Below, piece after piece: positions 48,981-61,385 of a stretch of DNA of 64,000 nt; position 1 is the first letter of the stretch, and every line of letters begins with the position of its first letter. The stretch comes from the human T2T-CHM13v2.0 reference genome, Homo sapiens: NCBI RefSeq assembly GCF_009914755.1, contig NC_060932.1. One strand, given 5' to 3'. Made by a program: the position numbers and the translations under genes. The notes below the pieces were generated by a model. It was not told the origin of the DNA and did not search any database. It saw only the letters and a list, made by a program, of their open reading frames with translations.

Positions 48981-50242
48981 CTGGGGGTTTATATGTTGAC
49001 TTACAGCTTCTCTCTCAGTTAGTAATGTAAAAGTGAAAGCTATTTTCCTATAAAGGTGGAAGACACTCTCTTCTTCATATGGCTGTTCAACAGAAAGTTA
49101 AAATCATGTTCAGTCCTCTAGCATTTTTTGTTAGTGGTGATTCCCACTAGAAGCTTCTGGCCTTTTCTATGTTTTCAATTCTACATTTTGGTCTAAATAG
49201 AGCATGACCGAATCACAACAGACTGAGAGGTCCATGCATGCTGGAGACAGCCCGCAGATAACCCTACAAAGATCTGAATTACACTGGGGTCGTTTGGGTC
49301 TGTTGTGCCAACACAACTTGTAGCATCCAGAAGTCTCTTCTGGGCTTCTGCTTCTAACTGTGGTGTGAAATATCACTAACAATCTAGGATGGAAAAGAAA
49401 TGAAAATAATTCATACCTACCTATGTCACTTTTTGCTTAAAAGAGAACCTGGAAATGCAGAAAATGGAACACTCATTCACCTCTCATGTCCAGGAGTTAA
49501 AGTGATATGAATTCAAGATTTTTTAAAAAACAATATGCTCCTTTGAAATTAGAAAAAAAAATTCTTAGTTATAAAAAGCTATATAAGTTATATTATAGCT
49601 TATATAATTTGGATATTGAAATGTCACCAAAGATCTTTATTAACTTAGAGAAAGAGCATTTGTTAGTTTGAATATTATCACACAAATATATTAGTTTTTT
49701 TTTTCTTTGTTTGAGCCCGATCCCCGGAGTCAAACCCTAAGTGTCTGGGGACTTGTTGTAAGTAATGGTCATTTGTATTTCATAATTATCTTGAATCAAC
49801 ACAATTAGTTCCACATTCTGCTGTTTTCTTCCTAAGGCATCTGTAAACATTTTTACACAATTCCAGCAAATAGCTTTTGGCAACAATTAATTTTTTCATT
49901 AAAAAAGATAAAATAATCCAGGATAACTATTTTAAATGTGTTTTATAGACCCCTCCAAGAGTATAAGAAAATATTCTTCAAGATGCCAGACAAGAGATTT
50001 TTTTCTTTCAAGTATCAGCCACAGTTCCACAGTTTAGAATGTCTCTGGTCACAGTTTTAACATGGTTAAATCGACATAAAGCCTGAAGGACATTTAATAA
50101 TAAAAGAATGTACTTAATTTGATTGAATAATTTCATTTTATTCCCTTGGATTATTTGTGTTCATTCAAAAAAAAATGTATTTAAAAGAGTACATTTAATG
50201 TGGTGGTCTCAGTTTTTTCCTGTGTATTGGAACCACCCAGAT

Positions 50243-50463
50243 CAAGCTTGTCTGAACCGCAGCCCATGGGCCGCCTGCGGCCCAGGACAACTTTGAATGC
50301 AGCCCAACCCAAATACGTAAATTTTCTTCATGAGATTTTTCTGCAATTTTTTTTTTTTTTTAGCTCATCAGCTATCATTAGTGTTAGTGTATTTTATGTG
50401 TGGCCCAAGACAATTGTTCTTCTTCCAATGTAGCCCAGGGAAGACAAAAGATTGGACCCCCTG
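50243..50463 (+). mobile_element. MER30 (hAT-Charlie MITE)
   Basis: 'gcggcccaggacaactttgaatgcagcccaac...ggcccaagacaatt...aaaagattggac'; 8-bp TSD acccagat/acctagat. Confidence 0.88.
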
Positions 50464-52799
50464 ACCTAGATTGTACCTTAATGACTCTAATTCAGTGAGT
50501 TCAAAGTAGACCTCACAAATGTGCATTTATAACAACTATCCAAGATGTTTCTGAAGTAAGTGAGGCTCAATCCCCAACTTTCGAGTAATACTGTGACAGA
50601 AACTTCAGATTCTGTCTCTTAATCTTGAGACAGAGTTGTGGCATATAAACTCCCCTTATCCCACCTTAAAAATAAGAGGTTGTGATATGTCTCACATACT
50701 TAATTCCAGTAAAATTAAAATGATCCAAATGCAGTGGTCCTTACCCACCTACAGCCAGGAAAGCACATCTGAGAAGGAGACAGAAAATTCTGGCAACGTC
50801 TCTGCAAGGTCCATCTTGTACTTCAACATTTCTGAGAAGGATTTCTTCAAAAACTGCTCCGGAAATAGAATTTTCTAATAGATTCTTCAGAGACAGGTGA
50901 ATACCCTACTGTGTGGTAAAATCTGCAACCAGGAGCTAAGCATGGAAAATGCCTTCTCCTCAGGTCACTTACCCCCAAAGCACCTAGAAGCATGGCCACC
51001 AAGATAGGGACTCCGAGCACACAGTCATTATGTTGTCCTCTGCCCAGATCCCCAAGTCCCTGCACAGACGCCATATTCTGATATGGGTTTTGTTATGTCT
51101 TATTTTGTTGTGTTGCCTTCCCTGAGAACAAAGCTTGACAAATTTTGAACAAGTATGATGACATGCTGACAAGGGAGGATTTTCTGGTGTCCTGAGGCAT
51201 GGAGACCAAGGTGGTGCTGCCTGCCTATGTGGTACGAACATAAGAAGAGAGAGAACCCAGCCTCCTCCCAAAGAAGTAAGGGCAAAGGGCTGTGGCATTG
51301 AAGGCTCATCCTTGGGACACTGAATTTTGGAATTTCTATACTTGTCATCCCTAGTTCTAACAGTGTCCTAACTGGAGAGATGAAAATCAGAGCATATCGA
51401 TACATCAGTAAAATATCAAAGTATATCAATATCCCTAATGGGGTGCCACTAAGGAGGGTATACCAATAGAGTATATCAGTAAAATTTAAAAGACTAAAAT
51501 TGGTGAGCCCCACCCTTGCCATGATGGAGAACAGCACCAATCCCCCTAGGGAATAGAAATTGGTGGCCTCAGTCCTATCCAAACACTTCTCCCACAGTGG
51601 CTTTAGCATCCTATTTTAAGTTACAGTATTTGCCCCCAAATTAATATCCAGTAATAAAGGGTAATTTTCCTGCCCACATTGAACCATTGTAAGAACATTT
51701 AGCCACTTTAAAGTCAAGTGATAGCACTGTAAGGAAAAGGCACGAGGTAGTTAAAAATTTGAAGAATATGTCAATTGGTAAAATTAGATAAAAAGTTACG
51801 CTGTGTTCTGCCCTACATTTGGACTATCGCAAGTGAGGCAAACTTTTCTAGGCAAACTGCTGAGGACTGCCAATTTAACAAGCTGTTCCATGCTGCAAGG
51901 GACATATTTATGGACATACTTTCAACAAGACGTACCTAGTGCTACCAAGCTGTGCTGTACTAAAGAGCAGAAAGAATCAGAACGATAGATTAAAAAAAAA
52001 TAAAGGATTTCACACATGGGCCCTATTAAAATCAGATCAAGTATTCTGCAATTTACAGGCAAAAATATTTAAAATAATGACAGGGTTGTTGCATGATCTA
52101 AGAAGAAAACACCCGGGAAATGTAAAAAAATGAGATTGACACAGCATGTTTAGCTCAGGCTGTTGTACAACAAGGCTCTCGAAGGGAGAGAGGAAAAGCC
52201 AAGCTATATTGTGAATATTCTCATTTTCAATCAGTTAGGTCAACACGAATCTAACACTATTTAAAACCTAGCCTTATCTCACAAATGGTCTTCAATATAA
52301 TGATTAGTGTCCACAGAATCATTCAAGAAGGATTGATTTCATGTCTCTTAATCTTTTGAGAGTCCAAAAGTCACCTGAAGTCGCTACTAGTACTATTATT
52401 TATTATAAGAGGCCTTACGATTGGGTGTGCCCTATTATAGAGCTTTCTATCCTTGGTAGTGTGTTTTGGGATACTGGTGAGTCAGAACTGTTTTCTATTT
52501 AAAACTTGCTACCTATTTATATTTCTGGGAGTGAAGACATCAGGCCAACTTAGAGCTCATCTTTGCTCTAGAGGGAAAAATAAATCATTGCTCTAGGAAA
52601 ATAGTATAAAAGAATCTTTGCTGTTGGTTTGACAAGAACCCGGAGCATGGCTGCTTTTGGTGATCAGAGCCACCCCTCCCACCTGCATTCATTTACATCT
52701 ATCCATTTATTTGACTACGGAATCTTTTAGGAGGAAGAGAAACAGGAACAAGAGAAACAAGAACATTTAACTTTGATAAGCAATATCGCCATAGCATTT

Positions 52800-53000
52800 T
52801 TAAGGGCACAGACATCTATTAACATACAAATATAAATGTTTAAGGCTTTGTGGGCCACAAGGTACTCAACTCTGCTGTGAGAAAGCAGTCACAGACAATA
52901 TGTAAAGCAATGAGCATGGCTACGTTCTGATAAAATTTTATTTACCAAAACAGGTAGTGGTCCGGATGTGGCCCTCTGGCCATAGATTAATCCTGGACTA
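52800..53000 (+). mobile_element. MER58A-like hAT element
   Basis: 'aggctttgtgggccac...actcaactctgc...gcagtcacagacaatatgtaaa...ataaaattttattta'. Confidence 0.8.
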
Positions 53001-53628
53001 GGGTGAATCCAACAGATGCTGCCTGCAGGAGAGACGAAAGGACTTTCTAGAGGGAAAGTCATTTGATGGAAAGGAGAGTCCAAAACTAGGCACACAACTC
53101 CAGGATCTGGGTTGTTGGAGAGGAGGACTAGCCCTAGGCCAGGTGGCTGAGGCTCAATCCCCTTCTGACAGTCACTCCAGAATGAGGGCAGGGCAGCAGG
53201 TGTGAGAACTGAGTCAGCTGCTCACCTGGGGATCCAATCCCAGAGGTTCAGGCCTCCTGGAATATAGAGAACCTCAGATAAGTTGTCTTCCCTTCTTCTC
53301 CAAAGCACATGTTGAGAAACTACCATTGATTCCACAGTCTTGACAGAGCAGTCTGCCAATCAATGGGGTTTCAGCTCCTAAACTTCTAGTGTTTACTGTT
53401 GATGGCAGCAACGGCAGCAGAGAAAGGGGCTCTTCTGCAGTGTGAACAAATGTTCCAGTTTCTTCCTCTGTAAGGTAATATATATCTTGGATGACTAAGC
53501 ACTTTGGGCTTCAGTTCCTGAGAGCCTTGGGCTTTCCATGGAACACTACAGGGAAGGAAGAAATTGGATGAAAATGCAGTTATCATAATTTGAACATCGA
53601 AATCAATGTGACCTCATTCTATACCTTA

Positions 53629-53746
53629 ACCTGATAGGGAAGGATATTGACCTCAAAATTAAACTAATGCCACAAACAGAGAAAAACATTTCCTTTGTTG
53701 CTTGGACAAATGTATGAAGCTGATGACATCCATGGGTTAAGATCCT
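53629..53746 (+). repeat. Donor copy of a local inverted duplication
   Basis: About 90% identical by manual alignment to the reverse complement of 54943-55062. Confidence 0.92.
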
Positions 53747-54489
53747 CTCCTAAGTCTAGGGTTGTGATATAGTCATTAAAACTCACTACTCAGGTGTTGT
53801 TGGTGCAGATAACTCAATGGATTAAAAAGCTAATGTGGGTTAAAAGAAAGTTGGTCTATAGAGATCTCGTCTGGGTTCAGTTATAGAAACAAATTATTCC
53901 CGCTAGTCACTCTAGCCAATTAGGCAAATCAGGATTTTATTTCACATTAAAAATAGTTTGAGTCCTTTGGGTGACTCATATTTGTATATCCTTTAAAGTC
54001 TCCAAATTGCATACTTGCTCATTGCTTTATTTTATTCTCAGAACAATGTGCGAGGCAGGTGAAAAAAATGTTGATATTGCCCCTATTGTTTTTTCAGCTG
54101 TTGTAACTAAAACCAAAAACTTGCAGTGATTTGCTGTAGGTTCCAAAGGAGCAAGTGCCCATCCCTACATGGTCTTCACCCCGGTCTGCTTATTGCAAAT
54201 CTCACATTCTCCCCACCCTACCTGCCCCAGCACCTTAACTCCTGCAGCCTCTCAGCCACATCACTCCTGATCAGAGGGAGCCTGGGAATATGCTACAGTG
54301 TAGCAGTGAGTTGCCCTCTCCTTGCCAAGGGGAGCTTCCCAGTGTTGAAAGCACCTATTGACTCCCTATCTGCCTCAGGCTGGTTCTTACTCTGCTTGGA
54401 ACAAGGCAGAAGGCATCATATAAGGGAAACTGTAGAACACAGAGCATACCCCGAGAGACACACAATTTCACGGGAAGAGTCCATCAGTC

Positions 54490-54720
54490 GTCCCGCAGGC
54501 AGACTCCAGAGGCAGCCTAGCTGGGGTGGAATCCAGCTCTGCCTCTCACTGCTATGAAAACCTGTGCAAGTTCCTTACCTTCTCTGTGCCTCAGTTCCCT
54601 CACTTGTAGGATAATGATTGTACCTACTTCAAGGAGATGCAGTAAAGATTAAATATCTTAACATTTATAAAGTGTTTGGAGCAATGCTTAGTACACTGTT
54701 AGTACTAGACAAACATAAGT
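54490..54720 (+). mobile_element. MIR
   Basis: 'gcaagttccttaccttctctgtgcctcagttccctcacttgtaggataatgattgtacctacttc'. Confidence 0.8.
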
Positions 54721-54940
54721 GACACAAAATGGGTTTAAGGAAAGAAGTCTTGAGCAGGAATGAGAAAAATGAATGTAGAATGGCTACTAAGAGTATAATC
54801 AAGAGCAAGTTCTTTCATCTCTCAGGGCTCCTATTTTCTCTCCTATTCAGAGAAGATAATAACAACCTTCCATAGACTTAAATGAAAAAGTGATAGTGCT
54901 TTGTAAAATGCACCTGGTAGGGGAAATTAACTATGTTGGT

Positions 54941-55077
54941 TAAGGATCTTAACCCATGGATGTCATCAGCTTAATACATTTGTCCAAACAACAAAGAGGA
55001 GACATTTTTCCCTGTTTGAGGCATTAGTTTAATTTTGAGGCCAATATCCTCCCCTACCAGGTGAATTTTACAAAGTC
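54941..55077 (-). other. Templated insertion: inverted copy of 53629-53746 fused to an inverted copy of its own left flank
   Basis: Flanked by a 17-bp direct repeat aaattaactatgttggt (54924-54940)/aaattaactatcttggt (55078-55094). Confidence 0.85.
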
Positions 55078-56269
55078 AAATTAACTATCTTGGTAATGAC
55101 CTGCTTTGCAAGAGAAATTTTATCACAATGCATTTTTAGAATATGAAGCATAAATAGTAGGGTCTTCCCTTGTCAGAATGTCATCTGTCCTATCTCTAGC
55201 TGTCAAAGTCCTATGCATGGAGAGTCTTCCAATAATTGCTACCATTGAGTCCTCACTCTGTGTTAGCCTCAGTAAGCTACACACATTATCTCATTTAATC
55301 CCAGTGGAAATGCAGTATGTATAAAAAACCTGTTTACAGATGAGGAATCTAAATCTCAAGGAAGTTAAATAACTTGTCCCAAGTCAGTAGCCAGCAGATA
55401 GTGAGGCTGATTCAGCCCAGATACCTGTGATGCCAGAGGCCATCTTTGGTCGACCACTCAAACATATTTCTTCCACCAAAAATAATCTCTCTTCTCTGAA
55501 ATAATACAATGATTTGCTCATATTCTTTTCATAGGAATGCAATTCTACCTTTAATTATATTTTTTATGTACATATCATAGCTTATCTGTGGGTTTACAGG
55601 CTTCATAAAAACAGAAAATAGGCCTTGTGCATCTGTAAACAAGCCTCAGTTGCCAGCCAAATGCCTGGGAATGGTGAAGAAGCAGGACTACCAAGAAGAA
55701 AGTAAAGTTCCAGCTTGCCTGAGTAAAGTTGCCTTACCTGAGAATGAGGTTGAGAATCCCTACCTCACAGGATTGCTGTGACGTTCAATTAAGAGAACAA
55801 AGTTTAAATCTGAAACCAGTACTCTGAAAACCAGTGTACTGCCAAAGTGGTGACAGTTCAGTTTTATTAAGTTGTATTGAAATCAGAGTGGTTCGTGGAT
55901 AGATTGGCTCTTAACCAAGAAGAAGAGAGACAGTCAGTGAGGATATGAGCACAGCCGGGAGAAAAGCTTGAATTTCCTGCTGAATTTCACCAGAAAGTGG
56001 AATTTTTTAAAAAATGATTAGCAAATGAGTAATATGAATCAAGAGAGAAATGTGCAAAAGCAAGATACAGAAGTTCAGAGAGAGGCGGGTACAGGCTCAG
56101 TCCTACTTGAAACCTTAGCAGGGCAGCAGATTGGCTGCCTCCCACCTTATCTTCTTGTGCCCCCCCTGTGCTCTGCGTGCCCAAGCTACTGTCAGGGTTT
56201 TTGGGGAACCACTTGTGGTGGTTTGTGCAGAAGGGCTTATGAACTATAAAATGCCACACAGTTGTAAGG

Positions 56270-56890
56270 TTTTGGGGCTTAGAACGACATCCCAAAGTAT
56301 GGCTCTTCAGTCTGCTGAGTACTCTACAAGGGGATCAGCAGGGCCTCAGAAGCAAGAAATTCTCTCTGACCTTCTCTTGCCCTCCTTTCTCCTTCTCCCA
56401 TTTTCCCCCCAAAGCAGATCATACAAACTAGAACTTCTCTCCCCCAAAGCAAACTGTAAAACCTACAGAGGTCACTCTAACCTAGCTCCCATGGAAGCAG
56501 GCCATAAGACCCTCATTCCAAAAGGGTCTTGCCCCATACCTTAGGGTAAGGGGTGGAAGGGTGGAGGAATGCCACACAGGAAGGCCAAGAAGAATCGGAA
56601 CACACAGGCCTCGCTAAGTTCCCTCCAATGTGTTACCATCAGGTAATACCCTTTTTTGTCCAATCACATTTCTACATGGTTGTCCATCCTTCATGAAACC
56701 TAAGCATAAAAATACAGTTTTTTTCTAGGCCTTGGGTCTTCATGTCTAAAGTCTCTTGTGTCACATAAAACTTTGATTAAACAAATTTGTTATGCTTTTC
56801 CCTTTTTAGTCTGTCTTTTTTTGTTACAGAGATAGCAGCCATGGACCTTGAAATGGACGAGGAAAGGTATCCTGCCTTTTCACCCCTGTG
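56270..56890 (+). mobile_element. ERV1 solo LTR (MER39/MER34-like)
   Basis: 'ggggcttagaacgacatcccaaagtatggc', 'ggcctcagaagcaa', 'gtcacataaaactttgattaaacaaatttgttatgcttttc'. Confidence 0.65.
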
Positions 56891-58954
56891 GGTGTCTGTG
56901 TCGTCCTCATTCTGGAGAGGCACAATGGCATCTTCGCTTGGAGGCGCGGCTTTGGTCAGCCCCCCTAGCCTGGTCTTCCAGAAAACCAGGGTCACTCACT
57001 AGAGCCGGCACTCACAATCACGGATTCAGAAAGCTCTCCCCGCAGCATGTTGTTCTAGAAATGACTCCAGGTGACTTTTGTGAGAGACTGAATGTATTCA
57101 TCAATTCTTAATAAAGTTTTCACCAGGCTTACCAAGGGAGCCTTAAATGGGGAGAACAGCTTGTTTCCTTGACAGCAGAAAATTGACAGTTTTTTTTTTT
57201 ATTTTAATTCTTTGTTGTCTGTCAAGAATTCCATAGAAATAATAGATGCCTGAAAACACAAGGAAAAGCGCATTTTTTCCCCACTTCAGAGGTGTGCCTC
57301 CAAGGAGACTGACATGAGGGAGAAGGAGGGTTTCTGAAATGTAGATGGTGGGTAATAAAGTCCCTCAGAGTGAGTTGGGAACAAGGTTAGAACTCACAAA
57401 CTGCCTGCTTCAAGAGTCAAGGACATCTTTGCAGCCTTGGGACCAGCAGGCTGCTTGGGAAGCAGGAAGGCAACATTTCAACAAACAAAAACAAACAATA
57501 AACAAACAAATACTGTAAAAAGGGACAACTCCCTTTGCATAGCCAACTCAGGCCCAGGCAGAGCTACCAAAGACCAGGCCTGGTTTCTACCGGTCTTGGG
57601 ATATAGAGCAGCCTCTGAAAGCAGTGCCCCAGCGTGCCCGTCCGTCCAGAGCTGGGGCAGAGGGGCTTCCTCCTGGCTGGCAACTTCTAAAGGTCTGCAG
57701 TGCCAGGCACCGCCCCCCCGCAACCGGGTCGTGAACCCCTGCTATCTCCTGGCATACCTGCCCCATCGAATATTAATGAGCCATTGTTTCAAAAAAAGCC
57801 TTGCCAAAGGTGGCTGGGACAGACTTGCCTACTCTGCAGAGAGAAGGAAAAGAAAGGATGGGGGCGTTGCGGGGGAAGACACTAGGGGAGGAGGCGAACA
57901 TGAGGCTTTCAAGTTCTAAAGCTTATTTTGCATGAGAAAATACAGGAGGCTTGAGGATTGCTGGTAGGCATCCCTCATCCTCTATCTTCCCTGCAAAAAA
58001 TCCAGATTAAAGCCGTTGGTCTCTGGGACACCTTAAAAAAAATCTTCCTTCTGTGACCTTATGTACAAGGGTAAAGACCAGCTTTCTACATCCAACTCGA
58101 GAGTGCTGAAGGGAGGACGAGCCGTGGGGCGACCAGCCGGAGCCTCTGTCCTCTGCCTGTTCCCGATTCCATGGCCCGAGGCAATGGTTTGCATTTTTAG
58201 GACAACAGCCTGCTATCTGCAAGCAGGAGACCTCTCGTCAGGCTTCATTACTGCACACAAAATGACAGGAGAGAGTCTGCGGCCCACAACTACGCTTATG
58301 GTGTGCAGCAAAGCCACTGCATCGTCCTGCAACACCAGTCCCCTCCTTCCCACTGACCCACACACCGAACTGCCGCCCCAAACCTGAGCTTTGCTTATGT
58401 ATGTGCCCTACCTGGCACACGTGGCTTCTGCTGGAAACCGGCCTTTTCCACCTTCCTTGCTGTTTGGCTTATGAATTTCCGGGGAGACCAAGAAAAGAAC
58501 TGTATTTGCCAACTAATGAAGTTCAGATTCACCCTTTCTTTTCCTTCCCCATAAGCTCCCCAAGACTGAGTCTACAGTGCACCATCTCCTCATCTAGACA
58601 TGGTGATTTACATCATACTGGGAGGACAGATAGCTGGGAATACAGACCCCATGCCATACAAGATAATTTAAACCTTTTAATCACCTCCCTAATTGCAATA
58701 GTCTTTCGCTTCTGGCCTAAATTATAGCTACTCTCCTAAAAAGAAATTCCACAGCCAACAGCTTCAGACATCATCATCATCAAATCCTATCTATTATTAA
58801 CTGTTGTCACACAATGCACCTTTACAAACGAGGGTGAATCTGCTTGCATTAGCCAGAATAACAGGGGTTGTGCCTGTGTTTGCTCAACGCTGGTTGAGCA
58901 AACCAACCATTCTGATTCAATCTTTCAGAATAAGGATATGTAAGTACAAGATTA

Positions 58955-59280
<326 letters not shown>

Positions 59281-59544
59281 AAGAAATTATTTGGGTTGAA
59301 AACATATAAGTGTAGTCACCTGGATAGATTCAATTTATGAAGTTCCAGTAAGTGTTCTAAAGCCTCTAGGGCTCAAAATTATGGAGAACTATTAGATGAA
59401 TCCAATATCTGTACCTTTAAAGAGAGTAATCAGGAGACATGTAATGATGGAAACTAAAAGCAAACTTCAGACCATGAGCTGACAATAAGGTGTGGGAAGA
59501 GAGATCAACGTGTAGTATAGCAGCTCCTTCTTAACCTCTTACAT

Positions 59545-60420
59545 TGGTCAGGATTTGGGCTCAGCTGCCGTAACAGAGGCCCCGTGTATGGAGGCTTACA
59601 CGGCCTAGGAGTTTATTTTTCTCTCTAGCAGTTTTGGAGTGAGCAGGCCAAACTGACAGAGCACTTCTGCTCCACTAAGTTATTCAGGGATCTAAGTTCC
59701 TTTTACTGAGCAAGCCTTTATGGCAATAGTTCTCAACTTGAATGCGGAGGTTGGCAAACTTTCTGTAAAAGGCCATAAGGTGAAATTTTAGTCTTTACCA
59801 GCCACATAAGTCTCAATTACATATTCTTCTTTGGCTTTGTTACTTTTTGTTGCAACTGTTCGCAAATGTAAAACCCATTCTTAGCTCATTGTTGTACAAA
59901 ATCGAGCCACCCAGTGGTTTTGGTCCATTGGCTGCAGTTTGCCAGTCTCTGCTTTCGGGCATCATAATCACCTGGAGGGCTTTCTGAGCCCACCTGGAGT
60001 TTCTGATTCTATAAGTCTTGGATGGGACCGATGAATTTGCATTTCTAACAGGTTCTCTTGTGACGTTGATGTTGATGGTTTGGACATCACACTTTGAGAA
60101 CCACAGCCCTGTAGTGTGGCCTTTGCCTTCCTAGTCAAAGCTGAATCTCCTGCACATGCATGTTCCAGCACAAAAGAAAAGGAAAAAAGAATCAAAAGAT
60201 AGTCTTTTTAAGGACCTAACGAAGAAATTGCACACATAACTTTCATCACATCCCATCAGCCTGATCTCAGTCATATGGCCATAATTGGTTACAAAGGAGG
60301 TTGGAAAGTATAGACTGTAAATGCATGTTTATGAGCCCTGCTACAACTGAAGCAGTTTATTATTAAAGAGGAAGAGATGGAGAATGCATTTTATGGAACA
60401 GTTAGCAGATTCCACCACAC
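59545..60420 (-). mobile_element. MLT1-type LTR containing nested MER5-like (~59724-60108) and MER58-like (~59745-59951) DNA transposons
   Basis: MER5 ends 'caatagttctcaact...cactttgagaaccacag'; MER58 ends 'ggttggcaaact...agtttgccagtctctg'; MLT1 motifs on both sides. Confidence 0.65.
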
Positions 60421-60939
60421 AAGGAAAGAAGGAGACAAGTGAAAGGTCTCCTACACTTGGTCAGATTAACCTCACAGGGACCACCCTGGGATTTATTACA
60501 GTACCTCTCTGCTATATTCACAGATGAAAAGTAAGCTCATGGCATACCTGAGGGGCCTGAGCAAGTATATATCACTGACAGCTACCACAAGGAATAACTT
60601 AAGCTCCCATTTCTTAAATGAATATTTGTTTTATCTGCCTCTCCTGATGCTAAAAATTCTACAAATCACAATTCATTGCTTCAGGTTCTTCAGGCTTCTT
60701 AATCTTAATGAGTTCCTAGAAACTTACCAATCATGTACAGTAAAAATAATAACAAAAATAAATCTTTGCTTTATATCATATAATAAATAAATATCAGCTC
60801 CTACAGGTAGTCTATAAGTTACTTGCCATGTGGACCTTCCAACATAGGCAACCCAAACATGGCAGCTTGCTTGTATACAGCCAGCAAAAGAAGAAGAAAC
60901 ATACTCCAGTAAGATGGGTATTATAACCTTATATAACAC

Positions 60940-61100
60940 GATCATGTAATCACATACATTCTGTCTCTTTTGCCTCATTCATTCTATTGGCTAGACATAA
61001 GCTAAAGGTCTAGTAACACTTCAGTGGAGGGCATAACACGAGGGCATGAACACTGGGATGTGTTCCAGTGGAGGCCACCTGAAGAATCTGTCTACCACAA
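60940..61100 (-). mobile_element. Old LTR fragment (MaLR-like)
   Basis: 'attctattggctaga...agggcatgaacactggga...tctgtctaccaca'. Confidence 0.5.
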
Positions 61101-61289
61101 TATATGTTTAACACTTTTGATTAAATACAACCAAGCTACAAATATATCTCTATTAGCACAGAATTTGTGGGCCCTTTTCCATATGAAATCTTGAAGAACT
61201 TGTGCATCACCATTTAATCTGCTAACTTAATAGGAAGACAATCATACATGTTAATTTGAATTTATTGACATATATATATTCTTATTTAT

Positions 61290-61385
61290 GCAAATTTATC
61301 TTTATTGTTTATTTCAATAGGTTTTTGGAGGATAGGTGGTGTTTGGTTACATGGATAAGTTCTTTAGCGGTAATTTCTTGAGACT
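61290..61385 (-). mobile_element. L1PA/PB 3'-terminal fragment
   Basis: 'ttatttcaataggtttttggagg...ggtgtttggttacatggataagttcttt'. Confidence 0.75.

Noticed and set aside
57437-57919. 160-aa ORF (and 169-aa ORF at 51100-51609)
   Set aside because: No known motifs or exon context; the first has a non-ATG start and includes a low-complexity (aaac)n stretch
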